Source: Rickettsia sp.
GTDB lineage: Bacteria; Pseudomonadota; Alphaproteobacteria; Rickettsiales; Rickettsiaceae
Direction of reading: 5' to 3'
Assembly (NCBI GenBank): GCA_023269695.1
Contig: JAHFPS010000001.1
Location: 44,366-108,365, forward strand
DNA: 64,000 nucleotides
Below are positions 1-10,083 of the stretch, piece after piece. The translations under genes were made by a program, and so were the position numbers. Positions within the stretch are counted from its first letter, which is position 1, and every line of letters starts with the position of its first letter. The notes under the pieces were generated by a model, which searched no databases, was not told where the DNA came from, and saw only the letters and a list, made by a program, of their open reading frames with translations.

Positions 1-745
1 AAGGTAAACTCCTAATTACAATAGTAGATAATATTGTGCGATTATATAATTCTCCAGTATGGCAGCAACGTCGGTAACTTATGTATTTCTCAGGGTTACT
101 ATAGGTATCGTCTGCTATTTTGGTTATATCTTTAATACCTGCTTCTTGTAACTGAAGTTCTACGTAAGCTGGTAAATCGAACATATAATGTCCTGTTTTC
201 AGGGAATTAATAAAAAACCTTGAGTAATCAGCCCGCTGTTTTATAAAATTATCGTAATATTCCTGACCAACTTCATAAGAACATTGCTGAATAGTAGGAC
301 AAATAATAGCTTTAATATTTTTTGCTCCTTTTTTCTGCATTAATTCTACCGCATTATTAATGATACCAGCTTTAGCCCCACGCCAACCACAATGAGCAGT
401 TCCTATAACCATACCATCCTTACTACTAAACAAAACAGGAGCACAGTCAGCGGTCTGTATTGCTAGTACTAGATTCTTTTTTGTAGTAACTGCCCCATCA
501 GCTTCCAGGTCAGTATCACTATCAGTAATTAAATCAGCATCAATAATTTTGCTACCATGCACTTGCTGTAAAATAACAATATTATCGGCATTATAATGTT
601 GGACTACTGCTAGCCTATTATTTTCGACTATTTCTAACTGATTAGGATCACCAAACTTATTTTTTTTACTATAAACATGACTAGATTGCTTGAAGCTTTT
701 ATCAAAAATTTTATAATAAACTTTATTCTTTACAAATTCATGCAC
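1..745 (-). CDS. pgeF: Peptidoglycan editing factor PgeF / YfiH laccase-domain protein (3' partial, runs off the window edge)
   Basis: Manual translation: GTG at 745, open frame containing QQVHG, TADCAPV and SYRR motifs; not in the ORF track. Confidence 0.85.
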   Translation of the reverse strand, partial: MHEFVKNKVYYKIFDKSFKQSSHVYSKKNKFGDPNQLEIVENNRLAVVQHYNADNIVILQQVHGSKIIDADLITDSDTDLEADGAVTTKKNLVLAIQTADCAPVLFSSKDGMVIGTAHCGWRGAKAGIINNAVELMQKKGAKNIKAIICPTIQQCSYEVGQEYYDNFIKQRADYSRFFINSLKTGHYMFDLPAYVELQLQEAGIKDITKIADDTYSNPEKYISYRRCCHTGELYNRTILSTIVIRSLP

Positions 746-1759
746 ATGACAACTCCACAGAATTTTATTTATAAATTATCAGATTATTTGCAAAAAAACA
801 ATGCATTGCAAAAAATCATCAATAAATTCCAAACAGATTACTCGCTAATACCTTGCATTGGAGTGGAAATAGAATTTTATTTAAGCAAAAATATTGACCC
901 ACTCAAATTGCAAACTCTGCTTGGTATATTAGTTAAGAAAGAAAAAGGCGATAATCAATTTGAGATAGATTTGCCACCTTCTACTAACATAATTGAGTAT
1001 ATAGGAAAAATTAGTAGCACTAAGTCTAAAATACAAATTATTGCAAAAAAATTGCAGGGCAAGGTAAATTTTTCTGCCAAACCATTGCCAAACGGTTATG
1101 GTAGTAGTATGCATTTTCATGTAAATTTTATAGATTCTTCAAGGTCTATTAGCGAAGAGGCTGCTTTAGTAGCGACGAAGCAAAGTCCCCCCAACGTCAT
1201 TGCGAGACCACGTGAGTGTAGTGGCAATCCACATTCATTAGATTGCTTCGTTGCCGCTAAAGCGGCTCCTCGCAATGACGTTGAGACCTTGCTTCGTTCG
1301 GGCTTCACGGCTCCTCGCAATGACATTAGTTTACTACGAACAAATACTGATATGCTTGATCTAATGGGGCAGAGTATCTGCCATTATATGCTCGATAGTT
1401 TTTTGATATTTATGCCGAATGAAGATGATTACCTTCGTTTAGATAAAAATTTTATGGCACCAACTAATGTATCTTTTGGTAATAATAATAGAACTGTTGC
1501 CGTACGCATTCCTGACTCATCTCCTAGAAGAGTAGAACATAGAATAGCAAACCCACTAACCGATCCTTATTTGGCAATTTTTACTATTTTAAACTCTATA
1601 TTATTAGGTCTAGAATTTCCTGATAAAATCAATAATATCAACAAAATATATGGTAATGCTTTTGATCAACAATATCATTTAGTACCATTACCAAAATCAT
1701 TAGCAGAAGCATTAGCATTGTTTGATTTGCAGTTTTTTTTATCTAAACATTTTCTCTAA
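746..1759 (+). CDS. glnA: Glutamine synthetase catalytic-domain protein (short GlnA-like) with an in-frame repeat insertion
   Basis: GVEIEFY, NQFEI, SMHFHVN, NNRTVAVRIP and RVEHR motifs; start moved from 677 to 746 because 677 overlaps pgeF. Confidence 0.8.
   Translation: MTTPQNFIYKLSDYLQKNNALQKIINKFQTDYSLIPCIGVEIEFYLSKNIDPLKLQTLLGILVKKEKGDNQFEIDLPPSTNIIEYIGKISSTKSKIQIIAKKLQGKVNFSAKPLPNGYGSSMHFHVNFIDSSRSISEEAALVATKQSPPNVIARPRECSGNPHSLDCFVAAKAAPRNDVETLLRSGFTAPRNDISLLRTNTDMLDLMGQSICHYMLDSFLIFMPNEDDYLRLDKNFMAPTNVSFGNNNRTVAVRIPDSSPRRVEHRIANPLTDPYLAIFTILNSILLGLEFPDKINNINKIYGNAFDQQYHLVPLPKSLAEALALFDLQFFLSKHFL
1144..1324. repeat. Nested core palindromes inside glnA (inner core 1195-1280)
   Basis: GTCTATTAGCGA...[CGTCATTGCGAG...CTCGCAATGACG]...CTCGCAATGAC; the inner unit is nearly identical to 22180-22263. 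Confidence 0.9.
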
Positions 1760-2068
1760 AACTTCTAAAATTAAACATGTAGTTTCAGTGTCTAAAACTC
1801 CAAGCTTTCTTATAGCTCTAGACTTGTCTATAGTACGAATTTGATCAAGTATAATACTCCCTTCTTTACCATTAAAAACTATAGGAACACGAGTCGGGTA
1901 ACTTTTAATCTTACTTGTCATGGGTGCAACAATAAGAGTTCTTATATATTTATTCATTTCGTTAGGGGAAATAACTATACAGGGTCTTGTTTTGTTTATC
2001 TCTGATCCTTGAGAAGGATCAAGAGATACGAGTAATATATCAAACCTATAAATATCTACCATTGCCAT
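1739..2068 (-). CDS. mazF: PemK/MazF-family mRNA interferase toxin
   Basis: LDPSQGSEINKTRPCIVISP, LDQIRTIDKSR. Confidence 0.9.
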   Translation of the reverse strand: MAMVDIYRFDILLVSLDPSQGSEINKTRPCIVISPNEMNKYIRTLIVAPMTSKIKSYPTRVPIVFNGKEGSIILDQIRTIDKSRAIRKLGVLDTETTCLILEVLEKMFR

Positions 2069-2307
2069 TCTTCTTCATCCCAAGAATGTTCTATTAAATT
2101 GATATCTAACAAGTGATCATCTTCATTTTTAGACATAAGATGAAAGCTTTTTTCCCATCCTTCTCTTGCTTCTTCATAAGGTGTTATAATAAGAGCATGA
2201 TCTTTTACTGTTAAGTTCACAACATTTGTTATTTTGCATTGTTTAAGAAAGGCTTTAGGGATTCTTAAGCCCTTTGAGTTACCAATTTTGATAATTTCTG
2301 CATGCAT
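2056..2307 (-). CDS. mazE: AbrB/MazE-family antitoxin
   Basis: IIKIGNSKGLRIPK AbrB motif; directly upstream of and overlapping the toxin; ATG at 2307. Confidence 0.88.
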   Translation of the reverse strand: MHAEIIKIGNSKGLRIPKAFLKQCKITNVVNLTVKDHALIITPYEEAREGWEKSFHLMSKNEDDHLLDINLIEHSWDEEEWQW

Positions 2308-2336
2308 TTTTATTACCAATATTACTTAAAATTTAG

Positions 2337-2488
2337 TATAGCTAACCCGAATAAGTTTTTGATATCCCAGGCGTCATTGCGAGACCACGTAGTGGTCGTG
2401 GCAATCCATGCTTTTGGATTGCTTCGTCGACCTTGCGGTTCTCCTCGCAATGACGGAATCTATCTAAAACCTTCCCAGGTTAGCTATA
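2337..2488. mobile_element. Shell-A MITE (TATAGCTAACC TIR) carrying the core palindrome
   Basis: TATAGCTAACC at 2337, GGTTAGCTATA ending 2488, core inside. Confidence 0.9.
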
Positions 2489-2614
2489 CATTGTAATTAC
2501 TTTGTATACCATGTCAAGTAATTATATCTTGGATAATGCAGGAGTGCAACTATTTGACAATAGACAAGGAGAAGCAGCTACTATAGAATTACTACTAGAA
2601 ATAATGAAGAAATT

Positions 2615-3328
2615 ATGGTGTCCAAAGTTCTAAAAATTGGTAAGTGCCAAGTGCAGTTATTACCTTTATCACTTACTATATTAGCATTTGTCATCCTCTT
2701 ATCATTGGGGTTTTGGCAAATTGCTAGATTGCAGGAAAAAGAACTATTTTTAAGTTCAATGAAAAATAACCTTAATAATCCTCCTATTGATATAAAAACA
2801 CTTAGTGCAGATAAATTATATGCTAAAGTGAAAATGAAGGGGCATTTTTTGGTTGGTAAGAATTTGCATCTTTATGGACGTAAATCAATGTCCACTGAAA
2901 AAGATGGCTATTATTTAGTCAGTCCTTTTCAAACTGATGATAATAAGATAGTCTTAGTTGCATTAGGGTGGTTTGCTGCGAGGTATAAGAAAAATATTGA
3001 TGATATAGTGGATGACTCTACAGAAATTACCGGTGTAATTCTCCCTGGTGAGAAAACCAAGCTGTTTGTCTTAGATAATGATGTTAAAAACAATGTTTGG
3101 TTTACTTTAGATTTAACTCAAGCATCCAATATTCATGGTTTGACATTAGAAGATTTTTATTTAATTATGGAAGGTAACAATAATCAATCTGATATTCTTA
3201 AAAGTTTGTCGATTAAAAATCTGTTAAATGTCAGAAATGATCATTTAGAATATGCCATTACTTGGTTTGCCTTGGCAATTTCGTTAGCAGTAATTTTTGT
3301 AATTTATTATTTGCCTAAAAGAAAATAG
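2615..3328 (+). CDS. SURF1/Shy1 cytochrome oxidase assembly protein
   Basis: LGFWQIARL, HLEYAITWFALA. Confidence 0.9.
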   Translation: MVSKVLKIGKCQVQLLPLSLTILAFVILLSLGFWQIARLQEKELFLSSMKNNLNNPPIDIKTLSADKLYAKVKMKGHFLVGKNLHLYGRKSMSTEKDGYYLVSPFQTDDNKIVLVALGWFAARYKKNIDDIVDDSTEITGVILPGEKTKLFVLDNDVKNNVWFTLDLTQASNIHGLTLEDFYLIMEGNNNQSDILKSLSIKNLLNVRNDHLEYAITWFALAISLAVIFVIYYLPKRK

Positions 3329-3370
3329 AGTGTAAACTGGACTATAGGACATAAAAAGTATAAAGAAGGA

Positions 3371-3850
3371 GTGGTTATGATATTAAAAGTAGGCGATATT
3401 GCCCCCCATTTTACTATGCCAATAGGTGAGAATAGTAAAATCAATTTGTCGGATTTAGCAGGCAAGTTTGTTGTATTATATTTTTATCCGAAAGATGATA
3501 CACCAGGTTGTACTATTGAAGCAGGTGATTTTAATAAATTAAAGCCAGAATTTGAAAAAATGAATGCCGTCATTGTTGGTGTATCAAAGGACAACTTAGA
3601 TTCTCATGATAAATTCAAGAAAAAATATTGTTTGGATTTTGATCTTGCATCAGATTCTAACTCTGATACTTGTGAGAAATATGGAGTTTGGGTAGAAAAA
3701 TCAATGTTTGGTAAAAAATATATGGGAGTTGAGAGGACTACTTTTTTAATAGACAAAAAAGGTAAGATAGCTCATATTTGGTCGAAAGTACAAGTGGCTA
3801 AACATGCTGAAGATGTGTTAAATCAGTTGCAGGCTAGCCACCAAACCTGA
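3371..3850 (+). CDS. bcp: Peroxiredoxin Bcp
   Basis: YFYPKDDTPGCTIEA motif. Confidence 0.95.
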   Translation: MVMILKVGDIAPHFTMPIGENSKINLSDLAGKFVVLYFYPKDDTPGCTIEAGDFNKLKPEFEKMNAVIVGVSKDNLDSHDKFKKKYCLDFDLASDSNSDTCEKYGVWVEKSMFGKKYMGVERTTFLIDKKGKIAHIWSKVQVAKHAEDVLNQLQASHQT

Positions 3851-3860
3851 TTTCTTACAT

Positions 3861-4068
3861 CGTCATTGCGAGAGTAAGATCCCTGCATTCGCAGGGATGA
3901 CACAAAACAGAATTGCTTCGTTGACCTACGGTCTTCTCGCAATGACGTTGACCACATACAACTTTTAAAGTGTACTATCTAAAACCGCTTCCTCTTCTAA
4001 CTTTCAACAGTTGTGGGTCTTCCTCGCAGTGACGCTAGTTTAGCTAAATGCTAATCGGGTTAGATATA
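3861..4068. repeat. Composite repeat: core, reversed shell-C arm and degenerate A end
   Basis: CGTCATTGCG at 3861; CTTCTAACTTTCAACAGTTGTG ending 4015; GGTTAGATATA ending 4068. Confidence 0.85.
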
Positions 4069-4202
4069 TATCCGGATTCTAAATCTAATAAAGAGGTTGC
4101 TATATTATTTTTTGCCCGTATAATATTGGACTTAGCAAATATTGCAAATAATATAATTTTTACTAATCATATAGTAAAAGAATATGATATAATAATGGTA
4201 AT

Positions 4203-5960
4203 ATGAAAAATAATAGTGCATTAGTAGCTCAAGTAGCAAACCCTCTAAATAGTGCTCTTGAGAAGTGCAAGATTGCTTTTTGGGTAGTTTTTAGCTTCGC
4301 GTTCGTTATTAACTTATTAATGTTGATAACACCTCTTTATTCCTTACAGGTTCTCGATAGAGTTATAGGAAGTGGTAACACATGGACATTAATGTGGTTG
4401 TCTATTATTATTGGCACAATCTACTTTATTTACGGATTATTACAAATTGCTAGATCATTCACCTTAATTAAAGTTGGTGAGTGGTTGGACAAAACAGTTG
4501 CTCCTGTAATTTTTGGTCACTCTATTTCAGCTTCTGCAACTCGTACTAATACGGGGGCTAGTCAATTACTTCGTGATTTCCAAACAGTAAAAACCTTTTT
4601 AACTAGTACTGGTATTAATACTTTATTTGATGCTCCTTGGAGTGTTATCTATATAATAGTAATCTTCTTAATTCATCCATATATTGGAATTCTTACATTA
4701 GCTGGAGCTATTATTATCGTATCTACAGCTTTTTTTAATGCTGCTGCAACTAATAGAACTCTTGGTGAAGCTACTGAATTATCCATAAAGGGTATGACCC
4801 AAGCTGACATTGCCAATAGGAATTCAGAAGTTGTAGAAGCTATGGGCATGATGAAAAATGTTACGGCAAATTGGCATCAATTTAATATTGCTTCTTTGGA
4901 AAAGCAATCAATTGCTAGCTATCGTAATGGTGCTATTTCCAATTTTTCCAGATTTATTCGTAATATTATGCAAATGCTTGTAACGGGTATTGGAGCTTAT
5001 GTTGTTGTTAGTACTTCAGGAAGAGAGATGACTACTGGTGGTATGATTATGAGTTCTATTATAGTTGGCAGAGCTTTGGCACCTTTCGATAATGCTATTG
5101 AACTATGGAAAAGCATGAGTGGAGCTCTAAAATCTTATAAAAATATTAATCAGTTATTTGCTTCATATAAATCAAGAGAAGAAGCAATGCCAATTCCAAA
5201 TGTTGAAGGACATTTAACTGTAGAAAATATTTATTATTCGTTTCCAGTGCCGCCACATATGCCACAACCACCAGTACCAAGATATATTTTGAAGGGAGTG
5301 TCCTTTGCCGTTCAACCTGGTGAAATATTAGCAGTTATAGGGCCTTCTGCCGCAGGTAAGTCAACTTTAGCTAAAGTGTTAGTTGGGGTATGGAAAGCGT
5401 CCTCAGGGACTGTTAGGCTTGATAGTGGAGAAATTTACCGTTGGAATAGGGAAGATTTTGGTAGGCATATGGGATATTTGCCGCAAGGGATAGAATTATT
5501 TAGTGGTAGTATAAAACAGAATATAGCTAGGATGGCTGAAAATGCCGATCCAGAAAAAGTAATTGAGGCGGCTAAAATTGCTGGGGCTCATGAAATGATC
5601 TTAAGATTACCAGATGGTTATGATTCGGATATTGGACCAGCTGGCTCTAATCTTTCTGGTGGACAAAAACAACGAGTTGGTCTGGCTAGAGCATTTTATG
5701 GTAATCCTAAACTGCTTATTTTAGATGAACCTAATGCGAATCTTGATGAGGCAGGTGAAATGGCACTATCAAACTCTTTAAAGCAGGCTAAATCTAAGGG
5801 TATCGCTGCAGTTGTTATCTCTCATAGACCTTCTGTATTATCAGTGGTAGATAAAATTTTGGTATTACAAGATGGGGCAGTAGCTCTGTATGGTACTCAA
5901 GAAGAGGTGCAAAACCGAGTTAAGCTGTTACAGAGCGGTGTAATTCACATTAACGAATAA
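4203..5960 (+). CDS. aprD: Type I secretion ABC ATPase/permease (AprD/PrtD)
   Basis: GPSAAGKST Walker A, LSGGQKQR, LILDEPNANLD. Confidence 0.93.
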   Translation: MKNNSALVAQVANPLNSALEKCKIAFWVVFSFAFVINLLMLITPLYSLQVLDRVIGSGNTWTLMWLSIIIGTIYFIYGLLQIARSFTLIKVGEWLDKTVAPVIFGHSISASATRTNTGASQLLRDFQTVKTFLTSTGINTLFDAPWSVIYIIVIFLIHPYIGILTLAGAIIIVSTAFFNAAATNRTLGEATELSIKGMTQADIANRNSEVVEAMGMMKNVTANWHQFNIASLEKQSIASYRNGAISNFSRFIRNIMQMLVTGIGAYVVVSTSGREMTTGGMIMSSIIVGRALAPFDNAIELWKSMSGALKSYKNINQLFASYKSREEAMPIPNVEGHLTVENIYYSFPVPPHMPQPPVPRYILKGVSFAVQPGEILAVIGPSAAGKSTLAKVLVGVWKASSGTVRLDSGEIYRWNREDFGRHMGYLPQGIELFSGSIKQNIARMAENADPEKVIEAAKIAGAHEMILRLPDGYDSDIGPAGSNLSGGQKQRVGLARAFYGNPKLLILDEPNANLDEAGEMALSNSLKQAKSKGIAAVVISHRPSVLSVVDKILVLQDGAVALYGTQEEVQNRVKLLQSGVIHINE

Positions 5961-5972
5961 GTTTTAAATAAT

Positions 5973-7502
5973 ATGGAAGAAAAGCCAAATAATAATAAGC
6001 CAGCATTTACAGCGGAACAACTTAAACAGCTATTGTCGCTACAAAATGACTTGATACACACGAAGAAAACAAAGGGAAGTATTCTATCACAAAAGATGGT
6101 AGTAACTATTTCTAAGGCAATTCAAAATACACTATATTATCTTGATCGTTTCGTCAATTTTGTTACCAAAAATAACGATGTTGATCGCAATGATGTAGTA
6201 CAAACTGCTAGAGCCCCAATTCTTTTTGGGGTATATATAATAATCTTCTTTGTATCAGTTGGAGGGCTATGGGGAAGTCTTGCTCCTCTTGATAGTGCCG
6301 CTGTGGCATTAGGTGTTGTTATAACGGATAGTAATAAAAAGATAATTCAGCACCAAGAGGGTGGAATTATAGCTAATATTTTTGTTAAACAAGGCGATAA
6401 AGTTAAGACGGGTGATAAATTAATAGCGTTGGAAGATACAAAAATTAAGTCACAGTACAAAAGTGCTTTAAATCAATATAGACATGCTTTAGCAGCGGAA
6501 AGTCGTTTGGTTGCTGAAAGAGACGAACAATCCCAGATTGAGTTTCCAGAATTCTTGACAAAAGACATAAATCTACCTGAAATAGCAAGGATTATACATA
6601 CTCAGGAAAGTTTATTTAAGTCTAAAAAAGAGGTGTATAAAAATGAAAAAAATGCCTTACATCAAAGGATAGAACAATTAAATAAAAAGATAGAAAGTAT
6701 ACAAGCTAGAAGAGTTTCAAATGTAAAAAACCTAGAAGTTACTAAGGATCGTTTAAAAGCAATGCATACATTGCATGAAAAAGGTTTTTCCCATAAAGCT
6801 GCTTTATTGGAACTTGAAGCTAAGGAAGCACATTACAAAAGTGAAATAGCTATGGCAGAAAGTGACATTGCATCTACTAAACATGCAATTATAGAAAGTG
6901 AGATTGGTATTATTAACTTACAGAATAAATATACAAAGGACACTCTAACTGAACTAAAAGATGTACAAGTACAAGTAACTCGTTCTAAAGAGCAATTTAA
7001 TTTATGGGAAGACTCCTTGAATCGTGTAGTTATTAAATCACCAGTTGATGGTATTATAAATGTATTAAAGTATCATACAATAGGCGGGGTGATTCCACAA
7101 GGTGGCTATGTTTTAGAGATTTCTCCAATTAATGAAAATTTGGTAATAGAAGCAAAGGTTCCACATAAAAACATAGATTCCGTACATGAAGGCTTAATAG
7201 CAAAAATTCGCTTTAGTGCTTTTAAATCTAGAACAACACCGTTATTTACTGGTAAAGTAGTTAAAATATCACCTGATATTGTACAAGACGAAAATGCAAG
7301 ACAAATGCCTACAGAGAGCTCTTATATTGCTAGAATTGAGATTGATATGGATGAGTTTAATAAGATCGCAAAAGCTAAAAAATTAGAGCTACATCCTGGT
7401 ATGCAGGTGGAAGTTCAAATTGTCACTGGCACAAGAACTCTCCTAAGATATTTACTTGATCCTATTACTGATACCATGTTCAGAGCGTTTAAAGAAAAAT
7501 GA
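5973..7502 (+). CDS. aprE: HlyD-family T1SS membrane fusion protein
   Basis: IQHQEGGII, IKSPVDG, LHPGMQVEVQIVTG; follows aprD. Confidence 0.92.
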   Translation: MEEKPNNNKPAFTAEQLKQLLSLQNDLIHTKKTKGSILSQKMVVTISKAIQNTLYYLDRFVNFVTKNNDVDRNDVVQTARAPILFGVYIIIFFVSVGGLWGSLAPLDSAAVALGVVITDSNKKIIQHQEGGIIANIFVKQGDKVKTGDKLIALEDTKIKSQYKSALNQYRHALAAESRLVAERDEQSQIEFPEFLTKDINLPEIARIIHTQESLFKSKKEVYKNEKNALHQRIEQLNKKIESIQARRVSNVKNLEVTKDRLKAMHTLHEKGFSHKAALLELEAKEAHYKSEIAMAESDIASTKHAIIESEIGIINLQNKYTKDTLTELKDVQVQVTRSKEQFNLWEDSLNRVVIKSPVDGIINVLKYHTIGGVIPQGGYVLEISPINENLVIEAKVPHKNIDSVHEGLIAKIRFSAFKSRTTPLFTGKVVKISPDIVQDENARQMPTESSYIARIEIDMDEFNKIAKAKKLELHPGMQVEVQIVTGTRTLLRYLLDPITDTMFRAFKEK

Positions 7503-7538
7503 TAATTACTCTTACTAAAATTACCATTAATGGGTCTA

Positions 7539-7607
7539 TTTGCTTCGTGGGCTTATGCCTTCTCGCAATGACGCCAGTTATTTTTCCACAACTTTTAAAC
7601 TGCCCTG
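7539..7607. repeat. Right half of a shell-B element
   Basis: TTGCTTCG...CTCGCAATGACG...ACTTTTAAACTGCCCTG. Confidence 0.8.
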
Positions 7608-7702
7608 ATACATATATCTCGAAGTTTTATATATACAATCTTGCTACATGCCAGTATAATTAATATGTTCCAGGTTATAACTTAAAGAATTGTTATTTTC
7701 GA

Positions 7703-8212
7703 ATGCTACAGAAATTAATGAAGCGTCTTATATTTACTAGTATAATGGGTTTTTTATGCGTTCTTTCTCCTTATGGACAAGCTGAAGATACTGTTCAAGA
7801 TATAGAATTCTTCGATACTACCGATGAAGATAGTAACGAGTTAGAAATCAAAGACAATAAAATTAACGACAATAACTTACCAAATATACAGAATAATGTT
7901 GAATATGCAGAATTAAAAACTTGTACTTTAGGTAAGATTATCGCTTTAAATAAAATTACCGCAACATCAAAGGAGTTGTCATTAAAGCCTAATGAACCAC
8001 AATTTTTTGGTAATATTCAGATTAAACTGCATAAATGTATAAAAAACCTTGATCCTTACAATGGGAATAATTACATGCTATTAACTATTACAGAGCATAA
8101 GATTGATGAAGACCCTATGTTAATTTTCCAAGGATGGCTTATCTCATCAAGCATTTCAGTCTTCACCTTTGAACACCCAATTTATGAAATTTTTGCTAAA
8201 GATTGTTTATAA
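7703..8212 (+). CDS. DUF2155-like exported protein
   Basis: Signal peptide; ALNKITA and IFQGW...FEHPIYE motifs recalled for this family. Confidence 0.7.
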   Translation: MLQKLMKRLIFTSIMGFLCVLSPYGQAEDTVQDIEFFDTTDEDSNELEIKDNKINDNNLPNIQNNVEYAELKTCTLGKIIALNKITATSKELSLKPNEPQFFGNIQIKLHKCIKNLDPYNGNNYMLLTITEHKIDEDPMLIFQGWLISSSISVFTFEHPIYEIFAKDCL

Positions 8213-8224
8213 GGATACTTAAGA

Positions 8225-9499
8225 ATGATACAATCCATGTTCTACATGTTAGTAATGTTATTCCCAGCAGTTGGATTAATTTCCGGTTTTTCTGCGGCAG
8301 TAATAGTTCCCATTTGGTTATTAACTATATTAATTGCTTTACCAGACAAAACATTTATTAATTTACAATATGCCACTATTAAAAAAACTTTGTTATCCAA
8401 TTGGAAACTGGAAGTATTATTTGCTCTTTGGTGTCTTATAACAAATTTTTATTCACATAATTATCCTTCCTCTTTACTTAATTATCTACAAGTTTGTTTA
8501 ATTGTTCTAATAGGGTTTATCGTAAATAGCCATATTAACAAATTACCTATCAATGTAACCAAAATAAAAATATACTTTATTACAGGAATAGTGCTAGCAA
8601 TTGCTCTATTCTTTGTAGAATACTCATCTCACGGTATTATCACAAGAACCTTTCGTACTATTTTTCAATCAAAATCTTCTGGTCAATTCTTTTTATTCCT
8701 TCTTGATCGTGGCTGCTCTTTATTGTCAGTTCTTTCCTGGCTATTCATTGCTATACTTATACTATATCATAAATATCTATTAGCACTAATCTATTATCTG
8801 TTAATTTTTTATTTATTATCTATCTCTGATAGTCTGGCAAGCTTCTTAGCATTTACCGTAGGTGGGTTAGTATTTTTAACAAATAGGTTGTTAGCAACAA
8901 AATCACTGCAGTCTATTTTTTTGAAATTATTTACCTTTGCTATGCTCACTGGTTCAATAATGATGCCGATAATTGCTTATAAAATACAACCATATTATGC
9001 ATCAGATCACTATGCTAACTTTCTACCTGATTCTGCCAAGCAGCGTGTGTTTATTTGGCACTTTGTTGCTGAACAAATTGTCAAGAAACCAATCTTAGGC
9101 TATGGATTTGCTTCGTCAAGAGATTTTAAAGTTGATAAAGAACAAATGGTTAGCTATCACCAATGGATTTGGTCACCTCTTCCTCTACACCCACATAATA
9201 ATATAATGCAAATTTTATTTGAAACGGGCTTAGTAGGTTTTATACTATTTTTATCTTTAATTTATAAATATATTCAAAAAATTAGTAATATAGACTTAGT
9301 GCAGCCCCCTAAAAGTGCTAAGATGAATTTAACTGGTAAGGAAATAGATATAGATACGTTAAATTACAAGTCTGTTGCCTATGCTTGCTTTATAAATTAT
9401 TATATAATAGGTATGATTTCATTTAACATTTGGCAAATATGGTGGGTTTGTAGTGCCTTTGGAGCGGTTATTTTGCTTAAGTTACTATTACGTGAGTAG
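8225..9499 (+). CDS. O-antigen ligase family (WaaL-like) membrane protein
   Basis: Polytopic; R..IW...KPILGYG and HPHNNIMQILFETG motifs. Confidence 0.88.
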   Translation: MIQSMFYMLVMLFPAVGLISGFSAAVIVPIWLLTILIALPDKTFINLQYATIKKTLLSNWKLEVLFALWCLITNFYSHNYPSSLLNYLQVCLIVLIGFIVNSHINKLPINVTKIKIYFITGIVLAIALFFVEYSSHGIITRTFRTIFQSKSSGQFFLFLLDRGCSLLSVLSWLFIAILILYHKYLLALIYYLLIFYLLSISDSLASFLAFTVGGLVFLTNRLLATKSLQSIFLKLFTFAMLTGSIMMPIIAYKIQPYYASDHYANFLPDSAKQRVFIWHFVAEQIVKKPILGYGFASSRDFKVDKEQMVSYHQWIWSPLPLHPHNNIMQILFETGLVGFILFLSLIYKYIQKISNIDLVQPPKSAKMNLTGKEIDIDTLNYKSVAYACFINYYIIGMISFNIWQIWWVCSAFGAVILLKLLLRE

Positions 9500-9507
9500 C
9501 GACAAAT

Positions 9508-9653
9508 CGTCATTGCGAGGAGCCGCTGTAGTAGCGACGAAGCAATTCTGTTTTCTGTCATCCCTGCGAAGGCAGGGATCTAGATTCCCGCCTACGCGGG
9601 AATGACAACTTACAATTGCTTCGTCGTAGCAATGCTACTTCCTCGCAATGACG
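9508..9653. repeat. Core palindrome with inner hairpin pair
   Basis: CGTCATTGCGAGG...GTCATCCCTGCGAAGGCAGGGATC/GATTCCCGCCTACGCGGGAATGAC...CCTCGCAATGACG. Confidence 0.9.
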
Positions 9654-9704
9654 TATAAGTTTTTCGTAGAGATAACACCACCTAATTTATTAAGGTAATT
9701 ACTA

Positions 9705-10079
9705 ATGTTGGAAACATCGCACATTGTACAGGAATATTTGCCTATAGCGGTATTTTTTGCTATAGCATCAGTTTTGTCATTGATAATAATTACATTACCG
9801 AGGCTTTTGAGTCCTCGGAAATATAATAAGGCTAAGCTGGATAGTTATGAATGTGGATTTGAACCTTTTAGTGATGCTAGAAGCAAATTTGATGTACGTT
9901 TTTATCTAGTAGCTATTTTATTTATTATTTTTGATTTAGAAGTAACTTTTTTGGTGCCATGGGCTATTACACTTGGACAAATTGGTAAATTTGGTTTTTT
10001 TTCAATGATGTTTTTCTTATTTGTCCTTACCGTTGGTTTTATATATGAATGGAAAAAAGGAGCATTAGATTGGGAGTAA
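9705..10079 (+). CDS. nuoA: NADH-quinone oxidoreductase subunit A
   Basis: [21 protein letters not shown]. Confidence 0.96.
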   Translation: MLETSHIVQEYLPIAVFFAIASVLSLIIITLPRLLSPRKYNKAKLDSYECGFEPFSDARSKFDVRFYLVAILFIIFDLEVTFLVPWAITLGQIGKFGFFSMMFFLFVLTVGFIYEWKKGALDWE

Positions 10080-10083
10080 TGAC

